In this document: piece after piece, positions 39,403 through 52,972 of the stretch
Numbering within the stretch: the first letter of the stretch is position 1
How the letters are laid out: the number at the start of each line of letters is the position of its first letter
NCBI RefSeq assembly: GCF_022045235.1
Contig: NW_027266277.1
Coordinates: 434,001 to 498,000, forward strand
DNA: 64,000 nt
Origin: Haliotis cracherodii
Taxonomy: Eukaryota
Reading direction: 5' to 3'
Made by a program: the position numbers and the translations under genes
Notes under the pieces: generated by a model
Database searches by the model: none
Told to the model about the DNA's origin: nothing
What the model saw: the letters and a program-made list of their open reading frames with translations, nothing else

Positions 39403-40760
39403 TCTGGTTTAGCAATGATACCAAGCCATCTTTGTTAAAAGCGACGTTAAACCCAACTCACTCACTCACTTAGGTTTAGCAATGATACCCAGCTGTCTTC
39501 GCTTATTAAGGGGTGCCCAAGTAGATCGGGTGGTCAGTCGCGGTCACTTGGATGACTGCGTGTCATCGTGACCCCACGGCATACGCTATTGTCACCTCTC
39601 GAAAAAAACTGTCAAAATTAATTCAATTTCTTTCCATATTTCATTCATATTTTGTCGGTCTGCTGAGCAAACCAATTGCAACTTATGTTATAGACCTAAG
39701 ACAGATCTGACAGTAAAGCAATGAATTTGCAACGATATGACCCCAACCCAACTATGTTTGAAATGTAAATTTGTGATGGAAAAGGAAACTATTTATTTTC
39801 AAAGATACGGTGTCTACGAAACACATCTTAAGTTGTATATTATGCGACTTTTTTAATTTTTAAAATGTTAAAAAATTATAAAAACAAGTGGAAGCATTGT
39901 TTGCGTTCTGACAAAGAACCAATAAAGTTCATTTCATGGACGTAATATCGTTAACATAAGATATTTTCAAATATCCTCCCACATTAAGTTGACAGGCAGT
40001 GAAAACCTGGAACACTTGAGTCCGTGACGTTTCTGCATATTATAAAGACAATACGGTTGTTGTTGTTGTAGTTGGCAACGTCCCCGTGTTGCTACTGTCG
40101 CCGCGGTTTCAAAATAATATTTATGTCGATTGTCGATGGAGACGCCCTATATGTAAATTGATATAGAAGTTGCTATGATATCGACTGTGTTATGATACTT
40201 ATTAAATGTATGCTACTCAAAAGAAGTTAAGGACCATCCGATTCTTTGATATTAATACAGTAAATCTGTCCTTCTATGGGATATCTACGCGGAGTTAGGG
40301 ATCACAGTTCTATACAAGATTGTTGTTGAAATGAATTGTTGAAGAAACAATGAGTGGGCACTAACAACTCAAGACAATCAATACAGTGTCCAAGGACATT
40401 AAAAACCTTGTACAAAAATATATATCTTATAATACAACAAACACTTACCCTTAACACGGGCAGGAATAACACCTGGCGTTTGAATATCTGGCGTTCCTTG
40501 GCCTGCCTCGAGCACACATCAACGAGAGTTATGCCACCTAGTGTTTGAAATAGGTGGCGTGTCTTGTCATGCTCACAGCTCTCATCGGAGACACCAATGA
40601 CACCTGGTGTTCGAAATAGATAGCGTTCCTTGGTCTGCCTCGAGCTCTCATCAAAGACAGAAAGGACACTATGAATTAAGGATGGGGGCGCTCTTTTCAA
40701 CGAGAGTAATGAAAGCCACACCATTCCAACCACATATTGGCTCCAATCACATAAAACCCC

Positions 40761-41025
40761 ACCCGTGAAGATCCGGGGTAGAATAGGTCTTCAGCAACCC
40801 ATGCTTGCCGTAAAAGGCGACTATGCTTGTCGTAAAAGGCGACTAACGGGATCGGGTGGTCAGATTCGCTGACATGGTTGATGCATGTCATCGATCCCAA
40901 TTTTGTGGATCAATGCTTATGATGTCAATCACCGGAATGTCTGGTCTAGACTCGATTATTTACAGACCACCGTCATATAGCTGGAATATTGCTGAGTGGG
41001 GCATTAAACAACAAAAAACAACAAC
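40761..41025 (+). mobile_element. SINE-like family C
   Basis: Full copy. Confidence 0.85.
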
Positions 41026-41228
41026 ATAAAAGCCCACTACTCTCATATAATATAACATAACACGGGGAATTAATCAGCAAAGACGTCATTCTTTTGAGCT
41101 TATCTCATCTGAATCCATCATCCACCACAGGCATAAAATGAACAAGAAAAAATAAACCCAAGCAAGAAATAATGACTTGAACTATATGATTTGAGATAAT
41201 GTGTTTGCAGCAGACAGGCCAGGAGACA

Positions 41229-44200
41229 ATGAAGTGGTACCTTCTAGCTGCGTGTGTCGTCCTACTTGGACAGGGAGAAGCTAAGCCGGTTGAAGGTAAT
41301 TATCGTCGCATCCACCTTAATTTAAATTAATTTGATAACATACATTTAATTGTTATTCATATTAATATCATATCAATTCTTTCATATATTACCCGTGAAG
41401 ATCCGGGGTAGAATAGGTCTTCAGCAACCCATGCTTACCGTAAAAGGCGACTATGCTTGTCGTAAAAGGCGACTATGCTTGTCGTAAAAGGCGACTAACG
41501 GGATCGGGTGGTCAGGGTCGCTGACTTGGTTGATGCATGTCATCGATTCCAATTGCGTGGATCGATGCTCATGATATTAATCACTGGATTGTCTGGCCCA
41601 GACTCGATTATTTACAGACCGCCGTCATATAGCTGGAATATTGCTGAGTGCGGCGTTAAACAACAAACCAACCAACCAAGTTATTATACGAATAAATAAA
41701 TGTTATGATGCTGGTTATAACCGGGGTAGAATAGGCCTTCAGCAATCCATGCTTGCCGTAAAAGGCGACTGTGCTTGTCGCAAGAGGCGACTTACTTGAT
41801 CGGGTAGTCAGGCTCACTGACTTGGTTGATGCATGTCATCGTATCCCAGTTGCTTGGATCGATGCTCATGATGTCAATCACTGGATTGTCTTGTCTGACG
41901 AGATGCGAACCGGTGTAGAAAGCTCAAACAACTCTCCCTAGATTTGACTCAAGAGTCATATGGGCCTAGGCATTCATGACTCGCCTAGCCAGGCTCAAAA
42001 CACTCCCTCAAGGCTCAGCTAACTCCCCTACTGGGCCCAAATGACTCTCCTTATTTTGAATTAAAATGATTACTCGCCTCTATAGTTCTCATGATATCCG
42101 AGAATTTAATCTCCACAAAGCTGTTTTTCAACATTGCAAGTCATTATGAGAATTTCCTGCTCAAAATCCCAGTAGACGATCCTACTTATATTGTTAAAAC
42201 AATATTGATCGATGAGGCAACAGGCGTCATTGCGATCTAGTCAATTACAGGTAAAGGGTTAAGATTGAAAGAACAGAGAAAATGTTTATACAGTGCATAG
42301 TGGTTGTGAGATTATGACTACCATTTGTTAGAGTTGTCAAACAGACTATCCACTCACACTACCTTTCAAAATCATCGACACGCATTTTTATTATGTGACC
42401 TTTTCCGTTCAGGTAAAACAAATTCCCCAAATACTTGGTAAATTTTGATTCACGGACAACAAATACCACGTTGTACAGCTTATTATAAAATTCACCTGGT
42501 AGGTAAATATATCCGATTTTAGTTACTCACAGTTTATAATGCGCAGTTGCCGAGATTTAGTGTACTGAAATGGGCGAGTCGCTGCATTAGGAACAATAGG
42601 TAACTTTAATAAAACCCATAAAAGATTCTATTTTTACAAGACGATTAGTTTTCGTGTATAAAGAGACACAAGTGTATCAAACACCTATTACCCAATAAAA
42701 CAATGACCGCGCCCAGTGAACACAAAGCAGCACACTTAAACTTCACTTTAAGGTAATTTGACGATAAAAATAAGGTGAGGTGAAATGGGGTTTAACGTCG
42801 CGTCCAAGATTACTGCACTTATATAGCGACGTGCATGTACGTGTGTGTGTTTGTGTGGATGCTTGTACTTGTCCGGGCTGATGCCGATTTATAGTGCTAG
42901 CCCACTGTATGCTGACTCCGAGCCGACCACTCCTTGTTTTAGCCCCTTAATGCCGAGCGCCAGACAGGTTAACAACAAGTACCATCTTTTAACGTCTTTT
43001 TGTATGACGCGGCCGGGGATCGAACCCCGGACATTCTGCTCTCGGGCGATAATAACCTCAAAAAGGAAACTTATTAACATATCACATAAGGTAAAGTAAA
43101 TATTTTCATATGTTTTGAACAATACAGATTTCAATTAATTTTTTTACATTGTGATCGTTCATGCATATCAACATTTTACACGAAGAAATAAGATTACCTT
43201 ACAGGTCATAGTGCCAATATAATTATCTTTTTCAAAAATATTACAGATATTACAATCAAACATCAGGTGCAGTATAATTTGAAATACAAAGTTTGTAAAT
43301 CAAACAGAAAAATGAATGCAATTTTTTTCTAAGTTAAACAAATATTGCAGTAAACCGTCAATATCACATCATATCAAGCCATTGTGTCAGAAAATAATGT
43401 TGCTGATGTGTAACAGTATTAAAAAGTCTAAACGAAATGAATTGATAATGTCCTTCAAATTTATCACATAAATTCTTATTATGCCAAACACCTGGTAAAT
43501 TCACAATTTGTAAAAAAATATTAAGTGCAATCATCGAAAATACGGTGCTGTATCATCGAAAATATATTATTTGTGTTACGACATTCACAGACTGTTGCAC
43601 AATTAGTGTCAAAACATGTGTATTCTTCAAAACAAATGGGGGAGTCATTTGAGTCGGTTGAGTCATTTGAGCCTACGACGGGGGAGTCATTTGAGCCGCC
43701 TACACTGGGATTCGAACCCCACAAAAATAGGTTTAGGGTCTGCCCAAGGGACGCAACTCTGCACAGCGAATCGCGACGCTTTAGACGACTGTGTCCCCTA
43801 TTATATGACCTGAACCCTGCATTGTTAAGATTAATCCAACACAAGCATGCTGTAACCTGACTAAGCAGATCGACTTATGAGCATTTTGTACTCCTAAAAA
43901 TACTTAAAAAAACATTTGCCTCAGGTTTTATAACAAACATGAGGGATGTCCTTTTTTCGTTTTGTTAATAAATATAAATGTGTTCGCCTCATCTTTTTGA
44001 GGAAAGATATGCATTTCTTGAATCAGTTGCTGAAATAATTTCCGTCTCTTAAAATAATTGCTAAATAGTTGGTCTCTTGTGGTCACCAGATGGACAGTCC
44101 GGGGCATCTCAAAATCTATTCAGGTCACCTGGCCAGGTAACGTATGACAAAGAGGAACACGACGACGTTGAGCAGCATAACGAAGATTTTGACGACGTTG

Positions 44201-44607
44201 ACAAGTATGATGAAGAAGATGACGAGGATGACGAAGAAGAAGACGAGGGTGACGAAGAAGATGACGAGCATGACGAAGAAGATGAGGAGGATGAGGATGA
44301 GGATGACGAGGATCATGGTATAAAAAGCCAAAAGGGAGGATTCTTGAAAAGGCACAACCTACCGGAACCAAAAAACTGGGGGAAAATGAATTCAAAGGAG
44401 CAAAAGAAATATATAAAAAAATATAGGAAGAAAATCCGTCAATTGAGGCAAAAGAGCAACGATGACATACAACGGAAGGCGAAAAAAATGAAACGACTTG
44501 GGGACGAAATCATAAACGACAGCCATGATTTGAAAAAAACTGGGCAGAAGATCCGCAGCAAAGCAGTTGACGTTTTGCGTTCTGTAAAACTTCTTGACAA
44601 CCTGTAA
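41229..44607 (+). CDS. Secreted 194-aa protein: signal peptide, poly-Asp/Glu tract, Lys/Arg-rich C-terminus; coding exons 41229-41295 and 44090-44607
   Basis: MKWYLLAACVVLLGQGEAKPVE followed by a phase-1 GT-AG intron joins the 44077-44607 ORF (DGQSGAS...DEEDDEDD...GFLKRHNLPEPKNWGK...LLDNL*). There is an acceptor at 41210 and AATAAA at about 44630. Confidence 0.85.
41391..41895 (+). mobile_element. Tandem pair of family C SINEs
   Basis: Two copies joined by an AT-rich linker; the same pair is inverted at 61607-62130. Confidence 0.85.
41910..43708. mobile_element. Non-autonomous hAT-like DNA transposon
   Basis: TIR CC(A/G)GTGTAG, subterminal GGAGTCATTTGAG repeats inverted at the two ends, 8-bp TSD GAT(G/T)CGAA. 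It contains a family D SINE. Confidence 0.65.
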
Positions 44608-45264
44608 TCTGGATCAAGACCAGGTGTCTAATAAAGGTGTAACAGCAAACATATAAGCCTTTGTTTGTTTATTTGTTGTCGTTTGTTGCTCCTGCCTCCT
44701 CGTGAAGGGGCCACCCAAATCAGCCTCGACCTCAGCGGTCACCCAAATCGTTTTTGAGCGTTTTGTTTCTTCTTTAACGCCGCACTCAGCAATATATGAC
44801 GGCGATCTGTATATAATCGAGTCTGGACCAGAAAATCCAGTGATTGACACCATGAGAATCGATCTACGCGATTGGGACACGATGACATGCATCAAGCAAG
44901 TCAGCGAGCCTGATCACCCGATCCCGTTAGTCGCCTCTTACGACAAGCAAAGTCGCCCCTTACGACAAGCATTGGTTGCTGAAGACCAATTCTGACGCAT
45001 CCTTACGGGTTGTTTTTTTAATGCAGAGAATGTTGTACACGACGAAGATGTTAACTAAAATGGTTCTGACGATAATGCAACAACTCCCAATGACAATGCA
45101 CATGGTGATAATGATTAATAATTTCACATTGTACCTGAAGCACAGATCCAACTCTGCTAGAAAAAAACCAGTTGGCTTGGGGATTGCAGTGAGGAATAAG
45201 AGATAGTTAGTAATATTATAGATCTGACAAGACATTTCAAGATATTGTTCAAGACGTTTACTTA

Positions 45265-45615
45265 GTGTGAGGTGGGGTGAAATGGGGTTTAACGTCGCGT
45301 TCATGATTGTTCCACTTTTTTTGCGACGTGCATGAACATGTGTGTGTCTGATTGTACTAGTCTGGGCTAATGCCGATTTTATAGTGCTAGCCCACTGAGA
45401 TACTATGCCACAGTTTAACATGAATACCCCACTCAGACACAGTATACTGACTCTGAGCCGACCAGTCCTTGTTTAAGCCCCTTAATGCCGAGCGCCAGAC
45501 AGGGTAACAACAAGTACCATTTTTTAACGTCTTTTGGTATGACGCGGTCGGGGATCGAACCCCGGACATTCCGCTTTCCGGTGAACGCTCGACCAGTAGA
45601 TCCCGGAGGCGGTGA
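45265..45615 (-). mobile_element. SINE family D
   Basis: Full copy. Confidence 0.85.
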
Positions 45616-46164
45616 CTTACTGTCGGTGTGTGTACATACCACTTGAAGGTTCTGAACACGTGCATAATGGTATACTCATTTTTGAATTATCTCTCGGTGA
45701 TAGAGTTACTGTGTTTGGTGATTTAAATGATGTTGTTTCTTGTTGAACACCGCACTCAGCAATATTCCAGCTATATCACGGCGGTCTTAAAATAATGGAC
45801 TCTGGGCGTGACAATCCAGGGATTGATATCATGAGCATCGACCTACGCAATTGGGATACGATGACATGCATCAACCAAGTCAGCGAGCCTGACCACCCGA
45901 TCCCGTTAGTCGCCTCTTCTGACAAGCATAGTCGCCTTTGACAGCAAGTATAGGTTGGTGAAGACCTATTCTAACCCGGATCTTCACGGGTAGACATTGT
46001 TTGTGGGGAATAAACGTGTCTCGAAAATATTTCATTTATATCACGTTCAATTGTCAATCGTTCATCTAAATAAAACACGGGGACTAATGCTACAAGTCAA
46101 AATAGGAATTCCATCAGCTATCGCTCTTGTCACTGATGCATCATTGTAAAACGATAATGAGTAG

Positions 46165-46333
46165 TGAGTGAGTGAGTGAGTATGGTTTTACGCCGCTTTT
46201 AGTAATATTCCAGCAATATCACGGCGAGGGACACCAGAAATGGGCTTCACACATTGTACCCATGTCGGGAATCGAACCCGGGTCTTCGGCGTGACGAGCG
46301 AAAGCTTTAACCACTAGACTACCCGACCGCCCC
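46165..46333 (-). mobile_element. SINE family A
   Basis: Full copy. Confidence 0.85.
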
Positions 46334-46677
46334 AAAACGACAGTGCAGGTGTGACCTCAAGCAAATTACATCGAAAGGGGAAAGCAACACCCATGCAGCC
46401 TAAGAAGCCAGATGTTAAACACATCCTTCGTCTCCTGGTGGGGCACGGGTGGCCCAATCGTCTTAAGCGCCGAAAATGACTGCAGAGTGGCGTCCCTTGG
46501 GCACAAAGCCCAAAGTGATGCAGGTCTCAGACATTTATCTCTTTGGTGAAAGCCTCGAACACAGATATGGTGCTGACAAATCTAGAAACAAAATCGGCGC
46601 GAACCGGGATTCGAAATCACGATCAAAGGTATCAGGCGTGCCCAAAAGACACAACTCCACAGCGAATTCCGTCACCT

Positions 46678-47487
46678 GTACACACACAAACACGTATAAC
46701 AACTTACGCACACACAAACACGTGCAAAAACTCACGCACGCGCACACAAACACACACAGACACACAAACACGTGTAACAACTCACGCACACACACAAACA
46801 CTTGTAACAACTCACGCACACACACAAAATCGTAATGACTCACTAACACACAAACACGTGTAACAACTCACGCACACACACAAACACGTGTACCGACTCA
46901 AGCACACACAAATACTTGAAACAACTCACGCACACACAAACACGTGTAACAACTCACGCACAAATGAATACTTGTACCAACTCACGCACACACAAACACG
47001 TGTAACAACTCACGCACACATAAATACTTGTACCAACTCACGCACACACAAACACGTGTAACAACTCACGCACAAACAAAAACACATGTAACAACTCACG
47101 CACACACACAAACACGTGTAACAACTCACGCACACACAAACACTTGTAACAACTCACGCACACACACAAACACTTGTAACAACTCACGCACACACAAACA
47201 CGTGTAACAACTCATGCACACACAAACACTTGTAACAACTCACGCACACACACAAACACTTGTACCAACTCACGCACACACAACACGTGTAACAACTCAC
47301 GCACACACAAACACTTGTAACAACTCACGCACACACACAAACACGTGTAACAACTCACGCACACACAAACAGTTGAAACAACTCATGCATACACAAACAC
47401 GTGTAACAACTCACGCACAAACAAAAACACATGTAACAACTCACGCACACACACAAACACGTGTACCAACTCACGCACACACAAACA
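46678..47487. repeat. Minisatellite, 28-30 bp unit CACACACAAACACGTGTAACAACTCACG
   Basis: Direct tandem repetition. Confidence 0.93.
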
Positions 47488-47517
47488 TCTGTGACAAGAA
47501 TGCGTTGATAAAAGGGA

Positions 47518-47793
47518 TCCGTGAAGATCCGGGATAGAATAGGTCTTCAGCAACCCATGCTTGCCGTAAGAGGGCGACTATGCTTGTCGTAAGAGGCGAC
47601 TTACCGGATCAGATGGTCAGACTCGCTGACATGGCTGATGTATATTGTCGTATCCCAATTGCGTAGATCGATGCTCATGTTGTCAATTACTTTATTTTTC
47701 GGTCAAGACTCGATTATCTTCAGACAGCCGTCATACAGCTGGAATATTGCTGAGTGCGTCATGAAACAACAAACAAACAAACAAACAAACAAA
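47518..47793 (+). mobile_element. SINE-like family C
   Basis: Full copy. Confidence 0.8.
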
Positions 47794-48606
47794 GAGGATT
47801 GTGTATAATCACATGTATAACTAATAGTGGTACCAAAGAAATGGTTACATAAATTGTTGTTCTGTCACCTTTAATATCATTTAAGCCTGTTCCTCTTTGA
47901 AGAGATTATTAACATGTTCGGAATTCTATAACTTCTAGATAAGATAAGATAAGGTCACGTTTACTCGCCCAGGGATCACGTGATCGTCACACCGTCCCCT
48001 TCCCACGGTCACATCAAAAGTGTGCATTATTTTTTTTACTAACATACTTGTTTCAAATGAAACCACATACATCGACCCTTAAAACAGTCTCAAATACCAA
48101 TGGAATTAAACTTACAGGAATAGAATCTAAATGAAAATCGTAACAATTCTAATATATGCAAATAATAAACGTACACAAAAGGAATAACTTCAAAGGGGGA
48201 GTTCGAACCCCGGTTCGCCCCGATTATGTTTCTAGGTATGTCAGCACCATAGCCGTGCTCGTGGGTTTCACCGAAGTGGTACACGTCTTAGATCTGCATC
48301 ACTTCGGGCTTTCCTCCCACGTTAAGCTGACACGCCGTGATATAACTGGAAAAGTGTTAAAAGCGGCGTTAAACCCAACTCACTCACTCACTCACTCAAT
48401 GGGGGGCCTACCAATGGATCTGTTATCATGGTTATCAGTCGTTAAAAAAACCAAACTGCGAATTATGAAATTAAAGTGGAGCTAAACCGTGTATGTATAA
48501 ATGAATGACAATGCATTAAAGGCAATTTTTGTTTGGTGTAATTGATTAATTTTAATAAAAATATTCTATTTTGGGACTTCAACCGTCACGATCTTATGTC
48601 GGAGGA

Positions 48607-48630
48607 CTTATCTTATCTAACATATAAAAG
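48607..48630 (+). promoter_or_regulatory. Gene C promoter: tandem GATA sites plus TATA box
   Basis: CTTATCTTATCT directly followed by TATAAAAG, about 55 nt upstream of the ATG. Confidence 0.55.
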
Positions 48631-48679
48631 ATGACTCATTGGATTGTACCGTCTCTTTAGGACACATATCCGTGGAAAT

Positions 48680-51600
48680 ATGAAGGCGGTCTTTGCTCTC
48701 GCGCTCTTTGGGTTTGTTGTGGTAGGATTTCTGTCTCATTCTCAAATCATACATAATGACTATAGTAGCACTGGGGCACATGCAGAGTTGCGTCCCTTAG
48801 TCGAATGAGGATCCGCTAATCATGTATTCAAATCACTGTTACGCCTTGATTATGATCCATAGTTTTCCAGCCGTGCTGGTAGGTTTCACCAGAGTGGTTT
48901 GTTTGTTTGTTTGTTTGTTTCTATGTTGTTTAACGCCGCACTCAGCAATATTCCAGCTATATGACGGAGGTCTGTAAATAATCGAGTCTGGACCACACAA
49001 TCCAATGATTGATATGAGTATCGATCCACGCAATTGGGATACGATAACATGCATCAACCAAGTCAGCGAGCCTGACCACCCGATTACCTTAGTCGCCTCT
49101 TACGACAAGCATAGTCGCCTTATTGCGATAAGCATGGGTTGCTGAAGACATATTCTACCCGGGATTTCACGGGTGTCACCAGAGTGGTAAACGTCTAGAC
49201 CTTTTGACGCCTGATATGACTGAAATCCTGCTAAATGTGCATAAGAAAACTTCCAACTTTAGGAAAAAGAAAACAGGTTTACTGCACACAGCGACGGTTC
49301 CATGTAGCTTTCACACTCGCTGGAGTATTTTGTCTGAAATAAAATTTTGTTTTGTTTTTAGGCCCAGCATCCCAATAATTACAACCGTGATCGAATCCAT
49401 GGCTACACATTTGAATATCACTCATACGCTGTAAGTATAAGTCTACTTGGAGGTATTCCACACGTTGCTTTTTAGGCGGTCAGTGTATTTCCAGCCTGCT
49501 TTCCTGGGTAGGTTGCGCTTGCGCTACACTCAGACTAGCGCAAGCGCAGCCTATCCACGGAACCTGACTGATGTCTTTCCCGATTTTGTAAAAAGCACAC
49601 TTATTGTGAACGACTTGGAACGTTACTATCCTTTCCTGCTTCGGGATTGTACAATAGTAACATATTGGTAAATGGAAATACGACCAAGTGACCATCTCCA
49701 ACTCAACTTCTCGTCTTACAGACTCAAGTCATTTGGTTCTCGGTCTTTCCAATGCTATGAACTCATAAAGCAATAAGCACCACATCTGTGCAGACTTACA
49801 TGTGTATCCTGTTTAGTTGGCTTCATGTCCCATTGGCTTCCACCTATGTGTTTTCTGTCCATGCTGTGACAGTATTATCCTTCTGTTGTCATTACCTACT
49901 CATGTTATCCCACTCATGGATGCAGTTGTGTGTTGAATGGTAAAACTGTATTGTATTTTTGTTCATATAACTAGGTTTTAGAATTACATCTCTTGACATC
50001 AACAATAATGTTAACTTCTTTGAAGCCTGATATTTTAATGTTTGTTTGTTGTTTAACGTCGTACTCAGCAATATTTCAGCTATATGACGGCGGTCTGTAA
50101 ATAATCGAGTCTAGACCACACAGTGATTAATATCATGGCCATCGATCGATGCAATTGGGATACAATGACATGAATCATCAATCAAGTCACCTGACCACCC
50201 GATCCGTTAGTCGCCTTTTACGACAAGCGTTGCCAACTATTACGACAAGCATGGGTTGCTGCAGACCTTTTCTAACCCTGATCTTCACCAATCTCATTAA
50301 AAACCCTGATCTTCGCCAATCTCATTAAAATCAGATCTTAGTCCTCGCTATCGCTAAACAAAGATCTGAGGACATCCCATTACGGGTCACGTCAGAACGA
50401 CCTTTCATCCGACCAATCAGACCGTCGCTTACCAAATCGTATAAGTGACAGTCGGAATGTGTTTTCAAATCATGCAACCTCGAAAACGTTAACACTGGGT
50501 ATTCCGTACGACAGTTACGGCCCATACGACTGATTTCGTCAAAATTATCGTCTATCTCTCGCTTCCGTGGGATAAACATTTGAATGGAGGAGGCGTTGCA
50601 CAGTACGTGGGAAGCACTGCCATACAATCTCAACCATATATAAGACATTCCGGAATGTTCGTTTGTTCAGTTTTCAAAATATTAATCGAGAACTGTGTCA
50701 ACATACTTTTCAAGCGTTGTCTGAAATGGAACTCACTCGGTTGAAACGAGTGCCGTAAAGCTCGAGAAAGCTGCTTTCCTATTGGCTGATGTCGACTTCT
50801 TGTTAGTCATTTCAGTGGCCGGTCAAAGTTCGCGAAAGGTCGTCCTGACGTGACCCGTAATGGGATCTTTGTTTAACGGCAGCGAGAACTTAGATCAGAT
50901 TTTCATGAGATTGGATGTTCACGGGTCTAGTATTTTAATGACTTCACGCACATGTCTCCTCCGGTATTTTAATTACTTCACGCGTGTGAGTTCTCCGGGG
51001 GTTTATTTTAAAACATTTATTTTGGTTTTAGCCAAAAAATATGTTGTTAGATAAAAGCGACAAAACCGTTTCAATCATCATATGAAATATCTATTGTACG
51101 ATTCCGACTAAATCATAATCATGAGTTTAGGAATAACTATCAATTAGTGATGATACCACGTGTTCGCGAAAAGGTGATCGTTTCCTGACACCCCCACAAA
51201 CACATGCAAAGGCAAGTCAAGTGTTCTGAAAAAGACGGAAACACGTATGACTAAAGTGAAAGCTAGAAGTTAGAGGCCGACTGTTTGATATTAATAACTA
51301 TATATTGATAACTAATGGGGTGACGTTTCCGCTTCAAGACAATCGTGCAAAACAATTCCTTGGAAACCACAGCACATCATTAAACCCAGCAAATTGGGTG
51401 AAAGGTCTGGTGATAAAAATGTTTGCTCGTCACGCTTAATTTTCGGGCTCGATTCCCCATATGGCTACAATGTGTGAAGCCCCAGTCAGGTGTCCCCCTG
51501 CTAAAAGCGACGTAAAACCATACTCACTCCAACAAGTCAAGCGAAAAGGTTCCCCAAAACAAATTGACAACCTCAAGTCTAGTGGATAGACTGTCTGCCA

Positions 51601-52972
51601 GGAGAGCAGAAAGACGGCGGTTCGATCCCTGGCCGCGTCAAACTAAAAGGGGTTAAAATATTGTACTTGCTTGACGCTCAGCATTAGGTTTGTTTGTTTT
51701 GTTTGTTTGTTTGTTGTTTAACGCCACACTCAGCAATATTCCAACTATATGACGGCGGTCTGTAAAAAAATGGAGTTTGGACCAGACAATCCAGTGATTG
51801 ACATCATGAGCATTGATCCTCGCAATTGGGATACGATGACCTGCATCAACCAAGTAAGCGAGCCTGACCACCTGATCCCGTCAGTCGCCTCTTACGACAA
51901 GCATAGTCGCCTCTTACGGCAAGCATGGTTGCCTGAGGCCTATTCTACCCCAGATCCTCACGGGTCCTCGGCATTAGGGACTAAAACAAGGACTGGTCGG
52001 CTCGGAGTCCGTATAGTGTGTCTGAGTGGGCTTAAACTGAGTGAGAAACAGGCATTAGCCAAGATTAGAACAAGCAGGCATACACAGACACACTTATCTT
52101 TTTGATTTACTTTCAGGATTTACTGGTAGTCACTAACACCAGCACCTGCATCCTGGTTTCCCTCCCGGGCAAGGATGCTGTCATGGGTGACCTCCAGCAA
52201 CGCTACGCAATTGAAGTGAGGCACCCCTTCAACACCACTTAACACCCTTTAACACCAACAAACACTCATCAACACCCCACAACACCCATCAACACCCCAC
52301 AACACCCATTAACAAGCCTCAAAATCAGCCAACACCCCACAACACCCATCAACACCCCACAACACCCATCAACACCCCACAACACCCATCAACACCCCAC
52401 AACACCCATCAACACGCCACAACACCCATCAACACGCCACAACACCCAACAACACCCCACAACACCCATCAACACTCATCATTCCTAAGCATAGTCGCCT
52501 TTTACGGCAAGCATGGGTTTCTGAAGACCTATTCTGAACCGGGTCTTCTCGGGTCTGCTGGAAGTAAAAAGGAGATCAAACATTTGAACATCTCCAATAA
52601 TTGGCACACCAGTTTAATACATGCATTTCTCTACAAATCTTTACCAAATGGTATTTCCAGGTGTTCAAAAAAGGGCCTGTACCCTACGTTATCTTTCGGG
52701 GAAATAAGTTGCGCCCCTTCGGGATGATATGATCCTATGATCGTGGGCTCGAATCCATCATTATGATGACCAGCACCATGCGGGGTAAAACCTCATTCAC
52801 TCACTCACTCATTCCACAGGACAAAGTCTACGCCCAAATCACGTCCGGCCAGGGGGAACATCGTACCAGCCTCTCCCAAGTCCGCCAGGACTATCACGAC
52901 ATCCGGGCAGTGTTCGAGTGCTTCAGAAAGACTGTCTACGAACTAACATACTCAGCAGCCACTTCAAAATAA
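48680..52972 (+). CDS. Gene C: secreted 120-aa paralog; exons 48680-48721, 49362-49430, 52117-52215, 52820-52972
   Basis: MKAVFALALFGFVV|AQHPNNYNRDRIHGYTFEYHSYA|DLLVVTNTSTCILVSLPGKDAVMGDLQQRYAIE|DKVYAQITSGQGEHRTSLSQVRQDYHDIRAVFECFRKTVYELTYSAATSK*. TATAAAA at about 48623; AATAAA overlaps the stop codon. Confidence 0.92.
48895..49174 (-). mobile_element. SINE-like family C nested in a family B remnant (gene C intron 1)
   Basis: TSD TCACCAGAGTGGT. Confidence 0.85.
50322..50909. mobile_element. MITE, same family as 37395-37933, inserted in a family C SINE
   Basis: Colinear with 37395-37933; TIRs present. Confidence 0.8.
52230..52480. repeat. 20-bp minisatellite AACACCCCACAACACCCATC (gene C intron 3)
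   Basis: Direct tandem repetition. Confidence 0.9.

Noticed and set aside
44120-44395. Minus-strand hydrophobic and His/Arg-rich ORFs
   Set aside because: Antisense shadows of the poly-Asp/Glu codons of the plus-strand gene.
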